From: an uncultured Verrucomicrobiota bacterium
GTDB taxonomy: Bacteria; Verrucomicrobiota; Kiritimatiellia; CAIVKH01
Assembly: GCA_964388845.1 (NCBI GenBank)
Contig: CAYMCD010000001.1
Coordinates: forward strand, 36,556-98,312
Reading direction: 5' to 3'
DNA length: 61,757 bases
How positions within the stretch are numbered: the first letter of the stretch is position 1; the number at the start of each line of letters is the position of its first letter. The notes below the pieces were generated by a model. That model worked only from the letters and a program-made list of their open reading frames with translations. It was not told the origin of the DNA and did no database searches. This document shows positions 16,694 to 25,119 of the stretch, piece by piece. Position numbers and translations under genes: made by a program.

Positions 16694-18361
16694 ATGGACC
16701 CCATCCCCCCAAGTCACCCGCGGCTGGCTCGCGACCGGCTGCTCGGGCTGCTCCTGGTGCTGGCCGCGCTGTTCGCGGCCGGTTTCTTCACCCTGACGTG
16801 GCGCACCGGGGACGATGCGCGGTATATCGGCCTTGCGCGCTCGCTGCTCGAGGGGCGGGGATACACCTCGGCCTATCTGCCCCACGATCCGCCGGAGACG
16901 ATCACCCCGCCCGCGCAGCCGGTCATGATCGCGGCGGCCATGGCGCTGTTTGGCCGGGGCGTTCTGCCCGGACAGTTGTTCAGCGTCGCGATGTTCATCC
17001 TCTCGGCGATCCCGGTCTACGCCTGGGCGCGGAACCGGCTCGGCGACCGGCCCCTGGCGTTCTGCGTCGCCGCGATGGGTTTGTTCGCCTTTCCGACGCT
17101 GACGATGACGAGCTGGTACATGGTGGAGGTCCACTTCATCGCCGCCTCCTTCCTTGCACTTGCCCTCGCGGACCACCGTCCGTTCCCCGTCCGGCCGGGC
17201 TTCGTCTTCGCGCTCGGGCTCGCCTGCGGTTATGCGTACCTGATCCGCGCGACGGGTCTCGCCTTCGCTGCGGCGGGCGGACTCTATTTTCTCGCGCGCC
17301 GCGAATGGAGGTTCCTGTTCGCGTTCGCCGCGGGCTTCCTCCTCCTCGCGGCGCCGTGGATGGTCCGGACCTACCTGGTGACCGGCGCGACCGAGGGCTA
17401 TCTGTCCTTCCAGAAGGAAATGGTGGGCGCCCGGCAGGGCTACCCGTGGGCGCGGATTCCCGGCGACATCGCAAACGCCTTCCCGGTGTACTTCATCCAG
17501 GCGCTGCCCGACGCGCTCTTCTACCGGCTGACGGGCGAATACGGGCTGTTGCGAAAAATTGGATTGGGCGCGTTCGACCCGGTCGTCCGTTGGGCGATCC
17601 TTGGCCTGGTGAGCGCCGGCTTCCTGCGCCGGCTGCGCCGCCCGGGCATTGGCGAGCTCTATTGGGTCTTCTTCTGGCTCCTCATCACCGCCCCGCCATT
17701 CCCGCCGCAGGGCCACTGGTACGTGTATCCGCTGCTCCCAATGGCGGCGCTCTATCTCGTCGAGTCCCTGCGGCTGCTGGCCGGAATGGCCGCCCGCGCG
17801 CAGGCGCGGATCGCGGCGCCGCGGTGGGCCTTCGGGTTCGCGGCCCTGTTCACCGCGTACTCGCTGGCGATCGCCGCAACGGGCGCCGCGGTGCACTTCA
17901 ACAAGGAACGGCAACGGTGGGGGCTCGCCCCCTGGGCGCCCGAGCGCTACGCGACGTACCAGAACGAATACATGGAGGCCTGGGGCCGCATGGTCGAGGC
18001 CGGCCTCTGGATCGCGTCGAATCTGCCGCCCGACACGCTGGTCGCCAGCCGGCAGCCGGCGCACCTCTACCTCATCACCGGGCGCGAGGGGTGGCGCTAC
18101 GACCTGCCCGAAGTGCCGGGCGCGAGCCTGCACGAGCGTATGGACCTCCAGGCCGGGCGGCGTCCTGTTGTGCTGGTGGAGGACGCGTTCATCCGGTATG
18201 CTGGCGCTTCGTTTTCGTATGGGACCGGGCATTGGGCCTTGCGCGATCTTTTTGAATCGCGCCCCGCCTCGATGGAGTTGATCCACGAATGCGGGCCGCC
18301 GGCCACTCGGGTTTGGCGGTTCCGGCGGGACCCGGCAGAGGGAGACCATTCGTATGAGTGA
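16694..18361 (+). CDS. GT-C-like membrane glycosyltransferase (ArnT/PMT_2-like), 555 aa
   Basis: ORF 16646..18361 trimmed to the ATG at 16694 (MDPIPPSHPRLARDRLLGLLLVLAALF...). First-loop motif TGDDARYIGLARSLLEGRGY, multiple TM helices and a ~150-aa C-terminal soluble domain. Confidence 0.7.
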   Translation: MDPIPPSHPRLARDRLLGLLLVLAALFAAGFFTLTWRTGDDARYIGLARSLLEGRGYTSAYLPHDPPETITPPAQPVMIAAAMALFGRGVLPGQLFSVAMFILSAIPVYAWARNRLGDRPLAFCVAAMGLFAFPTLTMTSWYMVEVHFIAASFLALALADHRPFPVRPGFVFALGLACGYAYLIRATGLAFAAAGGLYFLARREWRFLFAFAAGFLLLAAPWMVRTYLVTGATEGYLSFQKEMVGARQGYPWARIPGDIANAFPVYFIQALPDALFYRLTGEYGLLRKIGLGAFDPVVRWAILGLVSAGFLRRLRRPGIGELYWVFFWLLITAPPFPPQGHWYVYPLLPMAALYLVESLRLLAGMAARAQARIAAPRWAFGFAALFTAYSLAIAATGAAVHFNKERQRWGLAPWAPERYATYQNEYMEAWGRMVEAGLWIASNLPPDTLVASRQPAHLYLITGREGWRYDLPEVPGASLHERMDLQAGRRPVVLVEDAFIRYAGASFSYGTGHWALRDLFESRPASMELIHECGPPATRVWRFRRDPAEGDHSYE

Positions 18362-20015
18362 ACGCGCGTCCGTAAAGGTGGCCGTCGTCGGCGCGGGCTA
18401 TTGGGGCAAGAACCTGGTCCGCAACATGCACGCGCACGGGGCGTTGGCGTGCATCTGCGATCCCGACGCGGATCAGCTGGAGGCGATGGGGCGCCAGGTT
18501 CCCGGCGTGCGCGTTTCGGCGTCGTTCGCGGAAACGCTCGCGATGCCCGGCATCGGGGGCGTCGTGATCGCCGCGCCCGCCGAGCTGCATGCCGGCATGG
18601 TGCGGGAGGCCCTCCTCGCCGGGAAAGACGTCTATGTCGAGAAACCGCTCTGCCTCGACGCGGCCGAGGGCCGCGCGCTGGTGGAGCTGGCCGCCGCGCG
18701 CGGGCGCATCCTGATGGTCGGCCACCTGCTGTGGTACCACCCGGCGGTCCTCAAACTCGACGAGATGATCAAGGCCGGGGAGCTCGGCCGCATCCAATAC
18801 ATCTACTCGAACCGGCTCAATCTCGGAAAGATCCGGCGTGAGGAAAACATCCTCTGGTCCTTCGCGCCCCACGACATCTCGGTGATTCTCGGGCTGCTGG
18901 GCGAAATGCCGGCGGAAATCCAGGCCCAGGGTGGGCACTATCTGCACCAGTCCATTGACGACGTCACCGTGACGCTGCTCTCGTTCGCGAGCGGGGTGAA
19001 GGCGCATATCTTCGTCTCGTGGCTGCACCCCTTCAAGGAACAGAAACTCGTTGTCGTGGGCGACAAGCGGATGGCGGTGTTCAACGACCTCGAGAAAGAG
19101 GCGAAGTTGGTCACCTACGCGCATTCCATTGAATGGAAAAACCAGGCGCCCGTTCCGCAGAAAGCGGAGGCCCAGGTCGTCCCGCTCGAAGCGATCGAGC
19201 CGCTCCACGCCGAATGCGGCCACTTTCTGGACTGCATCCGGACGCGCCGGAAACCGCGTACCGACGGCGAAGAGGGACTCCGGGTGCTCACCGTCCTCCA
19301 GCAGGCCCAATCGGCCCTCTGGAAGCCGGGGCAGCCGGTTCGGGTTGAGGGCGCGCCCGCCGCTGCGCCCTTCTTCCGGCACGAGACCGCGGTGGTGGCC
19401 GGGGACGCGGAGATCGGGGAGGGCACCAGAATCTGGCACTTCAGCCACGTCATGAAGGGCGCACGCATCGGGCGCCGCTGCAACTTCGGCCAGAACTGCC
19501 ATGTCGCGGCCGGCGCGGTCGTCGGCGACAACGTCAAGGTGCAGAACAATGTCTCGATCTACGCCGGCACGACCGTGGAGGACGATGTCTTCCTGGGGCC
19601 GTCCTGCGTCCTGACCAACGTGACGAATCCGCGGTCAGAAGTGAACCGCCACGCCCTGTACGAAAAAACCCTGATCCGCAGAGGGGCGACGATCGGCGCC
19701 AACGCGACCATCGTGTGCGGCGTGACCATCGGTCGCTACGCCTTTATCGGCGCCGGCGCCATTGTCGCGCGCGACGTGCCGGACTACGGGCTCGTGGTCG
19801 GGAATCCCGGCCGGCGCGTCGGGTGGATGAGCCGGCACGGCCAGCGCCTGGCCGCCCCCGGCCCGGACGGCATCACGGTCTGCCCCGAAAGCGGGTTCCG
19901 CTATCGGGAGGAAAAGCCGGGCGAACTGAAATGCCTCGACCTGGACGAAAATCAACCGCTGCCCGACCACCTGCGCAAAGGCGCCCGTCTCTACGACTCC
20001 TTCAAGACGCCCTGA
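18354..20015 (+). CDS. Fusion protein: Gfo/Idh/MocA NAD-dependent sugar 3-dehydrogenase (WbpB/WlbA-like) + left-handed beta-helix N-acetyltransferase (WbpD/WlbB-like), 553 aa
   Basis: N-terminal part: VAVVGAGYWGKNLVRN (Rossmann) and EKPLCLDAAEG. From ~19380 come hexapeptide repeats (IGEGTRIWHFSHV, IGRRCNFGQNCHV, VGDNVKVQNNVSIY, IGANATIVCGVTIG, IGAGAIVARDVPDYGLVVGNPGRRVGW). Confidence 0.85.
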   Translation: MSERASVKVAVVGAGYWGKNLVRNMHAHGALACICDPDADQLEAMGRQVPGVRVSASFAETLAMPGIGGVVIAAPAELHAGMVREALLAGKDVYVEKPLCLDAAEGRALVELAAARGRILMVGHLLWYHPAVLKLDEMIKAGELGRIQYIYSNRLNLGKIRREENILWSFAPHDISVILGLLGEMPAEIQAQGGHYLHQSIDDVTVTLLSFASGVKAHIFVSWLHPFKEQKLVVVGDKRMAVFNDLEKEAKLVTYAHSIEWKNQAPVPQKAEAQVVPLEAIEPLHAECGHFLDCIRTRRKPRTDGEEGLRVLTVLQQAQSALWKPGQPVRVEGAPAAAPFFRHETAVVAGDAEIGEGTRIWHFSHVMKGARIGRRCNFGQNCHVAAGAVVGDNVKVQNNVSIYAGTTVEDDVFLGPSCVLTNVTNPRSEVNRHALYEKTLIRRGATIGANATIVCGVTIGRYAFIGAGAIVARDVPDYGLVVGNPGRRVGWMSRHGQRLAAPGPDGITVCPESGFRYREEKPGELKCLDLDENQPLPDHLRKGARLYDSFKTP

Positions 20016-20044
20016 GCACCGCCAACCCCACCCCCTGATCCCTT

Positions 20045-21190
20045 ATGAAAGTTCCTCTTCTTGATCTCAAGGCCCAATACCGCACCGTCCGGGCCGATGT
20101 TGAAAAGGCCGTTGCCCAGGTCTTCGAAGACCAGAATTTCATCATGGGCAAGCAGGTGCAGGACTGCGAAGAGGCGGTCGCCGCATATTCCGGGGCCCGA
20201 TTCGGCGTCGGCGTATCGTCCGGGACCGATGCGCTGCTGCTGGCGCTGATGGCCGAGGGCATCGGCCCCGGCGACGAGGTGATCACCTGTCCCTACACCT
20301 TTTTCGCGACGGCCGGCAGCATCTGGCGGTTGGGCGCCAGGCCGGTTTTCGTGGACATGGATCCCGCCACCTTCAACATCCGCCCCGACTCAATCGAGGC
20401 GGCGATCACGCCTCGCACGAAGGTGTTGATGCCGGTGCACCTGTTCGGACAGATGGCGGACATGCAGGTCGTGATGGACCTGGCCCGGAAGCACAATCTG
20501 GTGGTGATTGAGGACGCGGCCCAGGCGATCGGGACGACGCACCCAATGGGCCGGGCCGGTAGCATTGGTCATTATGGTTGTTTTTCCTTCTTCCCCTCCA
20601 AAAATCTAGGGGGGGCGGGGGACGGCGGCATGGTGGTGACCAACGACGAGGCGCGCGCCGAGCGCATGCGCCTGTTGCGCAACCACGGGGCGAAGCCAAA
20701 GTACTTCCACAAGGTTGTGGGGGGGAATTTCCGCCTCGATACGCTGCAGGCCGCCGTGGTGCTGGCCAAATTGCCGCACCTCGATTCGTGGATTCGCGGC
20801 CGCCAGCAAAACGCGTTGCGGTACGATCGCCTATTCACGGAGGCCGGATTGCGCGACAAGCGAATCCGAACACCGGCGCATGCCATCACGGCGGCTTCGA
20901 TGGCCGCGGGCGACCACTCGCACATCTTCAACCAGTACGTCATCCGTGCCGAGCGGCGCGACGAGCTGATCGACCACCTGCGAAAACACGATGTCGGCAC
21001 CGAAATCTACTACCCCGTTCCGCTCCACCGGCAGGAATGCTTCGCCTCCCTCGGCTATGGGGAAGGCGCCCTGCCCGACAGCGAGCAGGCGGCCCGTTCC
21101 TCGCTCGCCCTTCCGATCTTTCCGGAATTGACCGACGAGCAGGCGGCGCACGTGGTGTCCACCATTGCCGCGTTCTACAGCCGCGGATGA
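20045..21190 (+). CDS. DegT/DnrJ/EryC1/StrS family PLP-dependent sugar aminotransferase (WbpE/WlbC-like), 381 aa
   Basis: Motifs DLKAQYRTVRADVEKAV, GVSSGTDALLLAL, VITCPYTFFAT, FSFFPSKNLGGAGDGG (PLP lysine context) and LRNHG. Confidence 0.9.
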   Translation: MKVPLLDLKAQYRTVRADVEKAVAQVFEDQNFIMGKQVQDCEEAVAAYSGARFGVGVSSGTDALLLALMAEGIGPGDEVITCPYTFFATAGSIWRLGARPVFVDMDPATFNIRPDSIEAAITPRTKVLMPVHLFGQMADMQVVMDLARKHNLVVIEDAAQAIGTTHPMGRAGSIGHYGCFSFFPSKNLGGAGDGGMVVTNDEARAERMRLLRNHGAKPKYFHKVVGGNFRLDTLQAAVVLAKLPHLDSWIRGRQQNALRYDRLFTEAGLRDKRIRTPAHAITAASMAAGDHSHIFNQYVIRAERRDELIDHLRKHDVGTEIYYPVPLHRQECFASLGYGEGALPDSEQAARSSLALPIFPELTDEQAAHVVSTIAAFYSRG

Positions 21191-22257
21191 CAAAAGTTGT
21201 CACCATCGTCGGGGCCCGCCCGCAGTTCATCAAGGCCGCCGCCGTCAGCCGGCACCTCCGCGCGCGCGCGGCCGAGGTGCTGGTCCACACCGGCCAGCAT
21301 TACGACGAAAAAATGTCGGCGGTGTTCTTCGATGAACTCGGCATCCCGGCGCCGGACTACAACCTGGAGGTGGGTTCGGGCGGGCATGGGGCGCAGACCG
21401 GCGCGATGCTGGCGCGGATCGAGGAACTGTTGCTGCGCGAGAAGCCGGATGGGGTGCTGGTCTATGGCGACACGAACTCCACCCTGGCCGGCGCATTGGC
21501 CGCATGCAAGATGGGCGTGCCGGTTGCACATGTCGAGGCCGGGTTGCGATCCTTCAACCGTTCGATGCCGGAGGAGCACAACCGCGTGCTGACCGATCAT
21601 TGCTCCGACCTGCTGCTCTGCCCGACGCAGACGGCCGTGGATAACCTCGCGAAGGAGAGCATCACGCGCGGCGTGCACAACGTCGGCGATACGATGCTCG
21701 ACATGGTGCTCGATTTTTCCGCCCGCGCAAAGGCGACGTCGCGCATCCTCGACGCGCTGGGGCTTGCGGAAAAACGCTTCCTGCTCGTGACGTTGCACCG
21801 GCCCTACAATGTCGACGACATCGCCATCCTGCGCGGCATCCTGGAGACATTGATCGCGCTGGGTGAGACGGTGGTGTTCCCGGTCCACCCGCGCACACGG
21901 AAAAACCTGCAGGAACAGGCCCCCGAATTGCGGGCGCGACTGGACCGGTCCCGGGTCCGGTTGGTGGATCCGGTGGGATATCTCGACATGTTGCGCCTCG
22001 AGCAATCCGCCCGCGTAATCCTGACGGACTCCGGCGGCGTGCAAAAGGAGGCTTTTTTTCTGGGGGCGCCCTGCGTTACCCTTCGTCCGGAAACGGAGTG
22101 GGTGGAGACCGCCCAATCCGGTTGGAATCGTGTGGTGGGTTCGGATCCGGAGCGCATCCGGGCCGCCGTGCAGGCCGTAGATTGGCCGTCGAGTGAGCCA
22201 CCGCCATTGTTCGGGGACGGCCGCGCCGGAGCCCATATCGCCGATCTATTGGCCTGA
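21187..22257 (+). CDS. UDP-N-acetylglucosamine-type 2-epimerase, non-hydrolysing (WecB/WbpI-like), 356 aa
   Basis: ORF 20578..22257 trimmed to the ATG at 21187 (MTKVVTIVGARPQFIKAA...), an ATGA overlap with the aminotransferase stop. Motifs VHTGQHYD, YGDTNSTLAGALAA, HVEAGLRSFNRSMPEEHNR. Confidence 0.9.
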   Translation: MTKVVTIVGARPQFIKAAAVSRHLRARAAEVLVHTGQHYDEKMSAVFFDELGIPAPDYNLEVGSGGHGAQTGAMLARIEELLLREKPDGVLVYGDTNSTLAGALAACKMGVPVAHVEAGLRSFNRSMPEEHNRVLTDHCSDLLLCPTQTAVDNLAKESITRGVHNVGDTMLDMVLDFSARAKATSRILDALGLAEKRFLLVTLHRPYNVDDIAILRGILETLIALGETVVFPVHPRTRKNLQEQAPELRARLDRSRVRLVDPVGYLDMLRLEQSARVILTDSGGVQKEAFFLGAPCVTLRPETEWVETAQSGWNRVVGSDPERIRAAVQAVDWPSSEPPPLFGDGRAGAHIADLLA

Positions 22258-22353
22258 TCCCGGTCTCGCCTCATCGTCCGATCGGGGACGAATTGGATTT
22301 ACGGGTTCCCCTATCTTTTGTATGAAAAGTATAATGCGCTGGAGTCGCTTCAT

Positions 22354-24030
22354 ATGTTTATAAACATGACAAGATTCTTGGCCGTACTTGCATTCATGTT
22401 CACGTTCGAAGCGGCCGGGGCCGTCACCACGAATCCCGCGGTCATTCTCACCGGGCCCGCGACGGAAGATCCGATACGGTCATACTTCATCGAGACAGCG
22501 ATCGGAGCGGCGGGAGACGTCAACGGAGACGGAATTGACGACTTGGTAGTGGGCGATCCCCATGCCTCAACCACGGCAGGCGGTACCCATAGCGGCGCGC
22601 TTTACCTGTACTACGGATCGCCCAGCGGTCTGTCCAACCACGTCAATTGGGCCTATCAGGGAACCAGGGCGTTTCATTTCCTTGGAACGCAGGTCGGTTG
22701 CGCGGGCGACGTGAACGGCGACGGCTTCGACGACCTTTTCGCCAGCGCGAGCGAAGTGTTCAGCGGTATGACAAAAACCGGTTATGTGGCGGTCATTCAC
22801 GGGTCCGCATCCGGCCCGCTCGGCGCACCCGCGGTCGAGCTCATGCCTGACATCAATCAGATCGGATGGGCTTGGCGAGCCGGCGGCATCGGAGACGTCA
22901 ACAACGACGGCTTTGACGATTTTGCCTTGGCGGCCCTCGATTCGCGCAAGACAACGTTCCCGAGCGGGCTTTACACGAACCCAAGCGGTCGTGTGCATGT
23001 CTTCTACGGTTCGAGCACCGGACTGTCTCCGGTAGCGGATGTCGTTCTGCTCGGCACCGACTACGGTCACGAATGGATGACGATCGGCCACGACCTCGGC
23101 CCCGCCGGTGACGTGAACGGCGACGGGTTCCAGGATCTGCTCTTAAGCGAAATGGCCGTCGGTTCGATGACCGACATCGGCTACCTGAACGTGTTCTTCG
23201 GTTCGCCTTCCGGCGTGGCGGTGACCGGCGCAAATTGCCGCGTGAACTACGAGTCAGTCCTGTCCGTCTTCGGAACTAACCCCGCCCCGTGGGTGTATGG
23301 ATTCGGCTTTTCCGCCTGTGCCGCCGGCGACATCAACAACGACGAGTATGACGATATCGCCGTAAGCGCCGTTACCGCCTTCACGAACTGGGCAGATAAT
23401 GAGCGCCCGGGATTTGTGACCGTCCTGGCCGGCTGCTCCAATGGCATCTCATCGAACGTGCTTTGGTATACCGCGGGAACGACTCCGTACACGGACTTTG
23501 AGCGGTGGGGCTATACCATGAGTCCCGCTGGCGACGTCAACGGCGACGGACTTGGCGACCTGCTGCTCGGCACACGCGCGATTGATGACGGCGACAAGCG
23601 CCGCGCGCATATCTTCCTGGGAAGCACCAATGGAGGCTACGAGACGACCGCGGCGTGGACCTCGCTGGCCCCGTTGGCACATGTTGATATCATGCGCAAT
23701 GCGCAGGCCGCGATCGGCGACGTAAACGCAGACGGATTCGACGATATCGCCATCGGCCGCGACGATGACTCGCGCGATGACATCCGCGTGCACTACGGTT
23801 CCCCGGACAACGCCGCCGCCGCCGCCATGGTTTTCGACGAAGAAGGCGGTGAAGTGTTGTCTTCGTGGCAGGTGCCGGTGCTGAAGCCTTACTTCCTCGA
23901 GGAAGCGTCGGGTCCAGGCATGGCCTGGTCGGCGGCATCGCCCGTGCAAACGTCCATCGCAGGCCGTGTTTCGGTTCCCCTTTCGACCACGAACGCGACG
24001 GCGATCTTCCGCATCCAATACGCGGAATAG
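22354..24030 (+). CDS. Secreted FG-GAP / integrin-alpha-like seven-repeat beta-propeller protein, ~558 aa
   Basis: Signal peptide MFINMTRFLAVLAFMFTFEAAGA. The start could be ATG 22354, ATG 22366 or TTG 22318. Seven Ca-loop repeats: GDVNGDGIDD, GDVNGDGFDD, GDVNNDGFDD, GDVNGDGFQD, GDINNDEYDD, GDVNGDGLGD, GDVNADGFDD. GC is lower than in its neighbours. Confidence 0.8.
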   Translation: MFINMTRFLAVLAFMFTFEAAGAVTTNPAVILTGPATEDPIRSYFIETAIGAAGDVNGDGIDDLVVGDPHASTTAGGTHSGALYLYYGSPSGLSNHVNWAYQGTRAFHFLGTQVGCAGDVNGDGFDDLFASASEVFSGMTKTGYVAVIHGSASGPLGAPAVELMPDINQIGWAWRAGGIGDVNNDGFDDFALAALDSRKTTFPSGLYTNPSGRVHVFYGSSTGLSPVADVVLLGTDYGHEWMTIGHDLGPAGDVNGDGFQDLLLSEMAVGSMTDIGYLNVFFGSPSGVAVTGANCRVNYESVLSVFGTNPAPWVYGFGFSACAAGDINNDEYDDIAVSAVTAFTNWADNERPGFVTVLAGCSNGISSNVLWYTAGTTPYTDFERWGYTMSPAGDVNGDGLGDLLLGTRAIDDGDKRRAHIFLGSTNGGYETTAAWTSLAPLAHVDIMRNAQAAIGDVNADGFDDIAIGRDDDSRDDIRVHYGSPDNAAAAAMVFDEEGGEVLSSWQVPVLKPYFLEEASGPGMAWSAASPVQTSIAGRVSVPLSTTNATAIFRIQYAE

Positions 24031-24132
24031 CCCTGCCGGATCCGTTCACCGCGCCCCCGCAAAAAGAAGCTTTTTTTCATCACGCGGCTTGCGATACCTT
24101 CGCCGCAACAACATGAAGGACGCAGGGTCTAC

Positions 24133-25119
24133 GTGAATCGTGTACTGATCACCGGTGCGGCCGGCTTCATCGGCTCGAACCTGGCGGAGGCGCTGCTGGC
24201 CGCCGGCCACAATGTCACCGGTCTGGACAACCTGTCGCAGGGGCAGCCGCGCAATCTGGCCCGATGCCGGGCGCATGCCGGGTTCAACTTCGTTGAGGGT
24301 GACATCCGGGACCCGGCGGTTGTGGACCGGCTGGTCGGGGCTTCCGATACGGTGTATCACCTCGCGGCGTACAAGATTCCCCGCTACAGCAGCGCGTTGA
24401 ACACCCTGCGCATCAATGCCCACGGCACCCGGACGGTGCTCGATGCCGCGGCGCGGCATGGCGTGCACGCGATCATTGCGTCCACGTCGGACTGCTACGG
24501 GCGGAATCCCGCCGTTCCGTTCCACGAGCAGAGCGACATGTGGATGGGCGCAAGCTCGGTCAAGCGCTGGGCCTACGCGGTTTCCAAGATGTACGACGAG
24601 CACCTGTGCTATGCGTTGCAGGACCATGCGAAGTTGCGGTTCACGGTGGTGCGTTTCTTCGGCGGATACGGGCCCCACCAGAACCTCACGTGGTGGGGCG
24701 GACCGCAATCCGTCTTCATCGCGGCGGCCTTGCGCGACCAGGAACTGGAATTGCACGGCGACGGCCAGCAGACCCGAAGCTTCACCTTCATCGGGGACCA
24801 TGTGAACGGGCTCGCGCGCTGTTTGAACAATGAAAAGGCGATTGGCCAGGCGTTTAACCTCGGCAATACGCGTGAAATCACCATCGAGGGCCTGGCTCGC
24901 ATGATCTGGGAAATGGCCGGAACAGGTGATCCCAAGATCAAGCGGGTCTCCTACCGCACCTTCGGCAAGTACGAGGACGTGATGCGTCGCGTGCCCGACA
25001 TCAGCAAGGCGCGGGAGCTGCTGGGGTTTGAGCCGAGGACCGCCCTGGAACAGGGATTGCCGATCACCATCGAGTGGCAGCGCCGGGTCATGGCGGAAGA
25101 GGCCGGGGGCCCCGCATGA
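24133..25119 (+). CDS. Extended-SDR NAD-dependent epimerase/dehydratase, 328 aa
   Basis: GTG start. Motifs ITGAAGFIGSNL (GxxGxxG), STSDCYG and an intact catalytic YAVSK (YxxxK). Confidence 0.85.
   Translation: MNRVLITGAAGFIGSNLAEALLAAGHNVTGLDNLSQGQPRNLARCRAHAGFNFVEGDIRDPAVVDRLVGASDTVYHLAAYKIPRYSSALNTLRINAHGTRTVLDAAARHGVHAIIASTSDCYGRNPAVPFHEQSDMWMGASSVKRWAYAVSKMYDEHLCYALQDHAKLRFTVVRFFGGYGPHQNLTWWGGPQSVFIAAALRDQELELHGDGQQTRSFTFIGDHVNGLARCLNNEKAIGQAFNLGNTREITIEGLARMIWEMAGTGDPKIKRVSYRTFGKYEDVMRRVPDISKARELLGFEPRTALEQGLPITIEWQRRVMAEEAGGPA

Noticed and set aside
11594-18349. Long ORFs on the opposite strand or in alternative frames of glycan-locus genes (e.g. 11594..12802, 10182..11435, 16424..18349, 14070..15221, 16798..18255).
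   Set aside because: They are shadow ORFs typical of high-GC DNA. They have extreme Arg/Pro/Gly/Ala content and no motifs, and each fully overlaps a frame with strong family signatures.
24058-24080. The A/T palindrome GCAAAAAGAAGCTTTTTTTC after the FG-GAP gene, considered as an intrinsic terminator.
   Set aside because: The stem would be almost purely A-U with essentially no loop (the palindrome is centred on AAGCTT). It is not a convincing GC-stem plus U-tract terminator.
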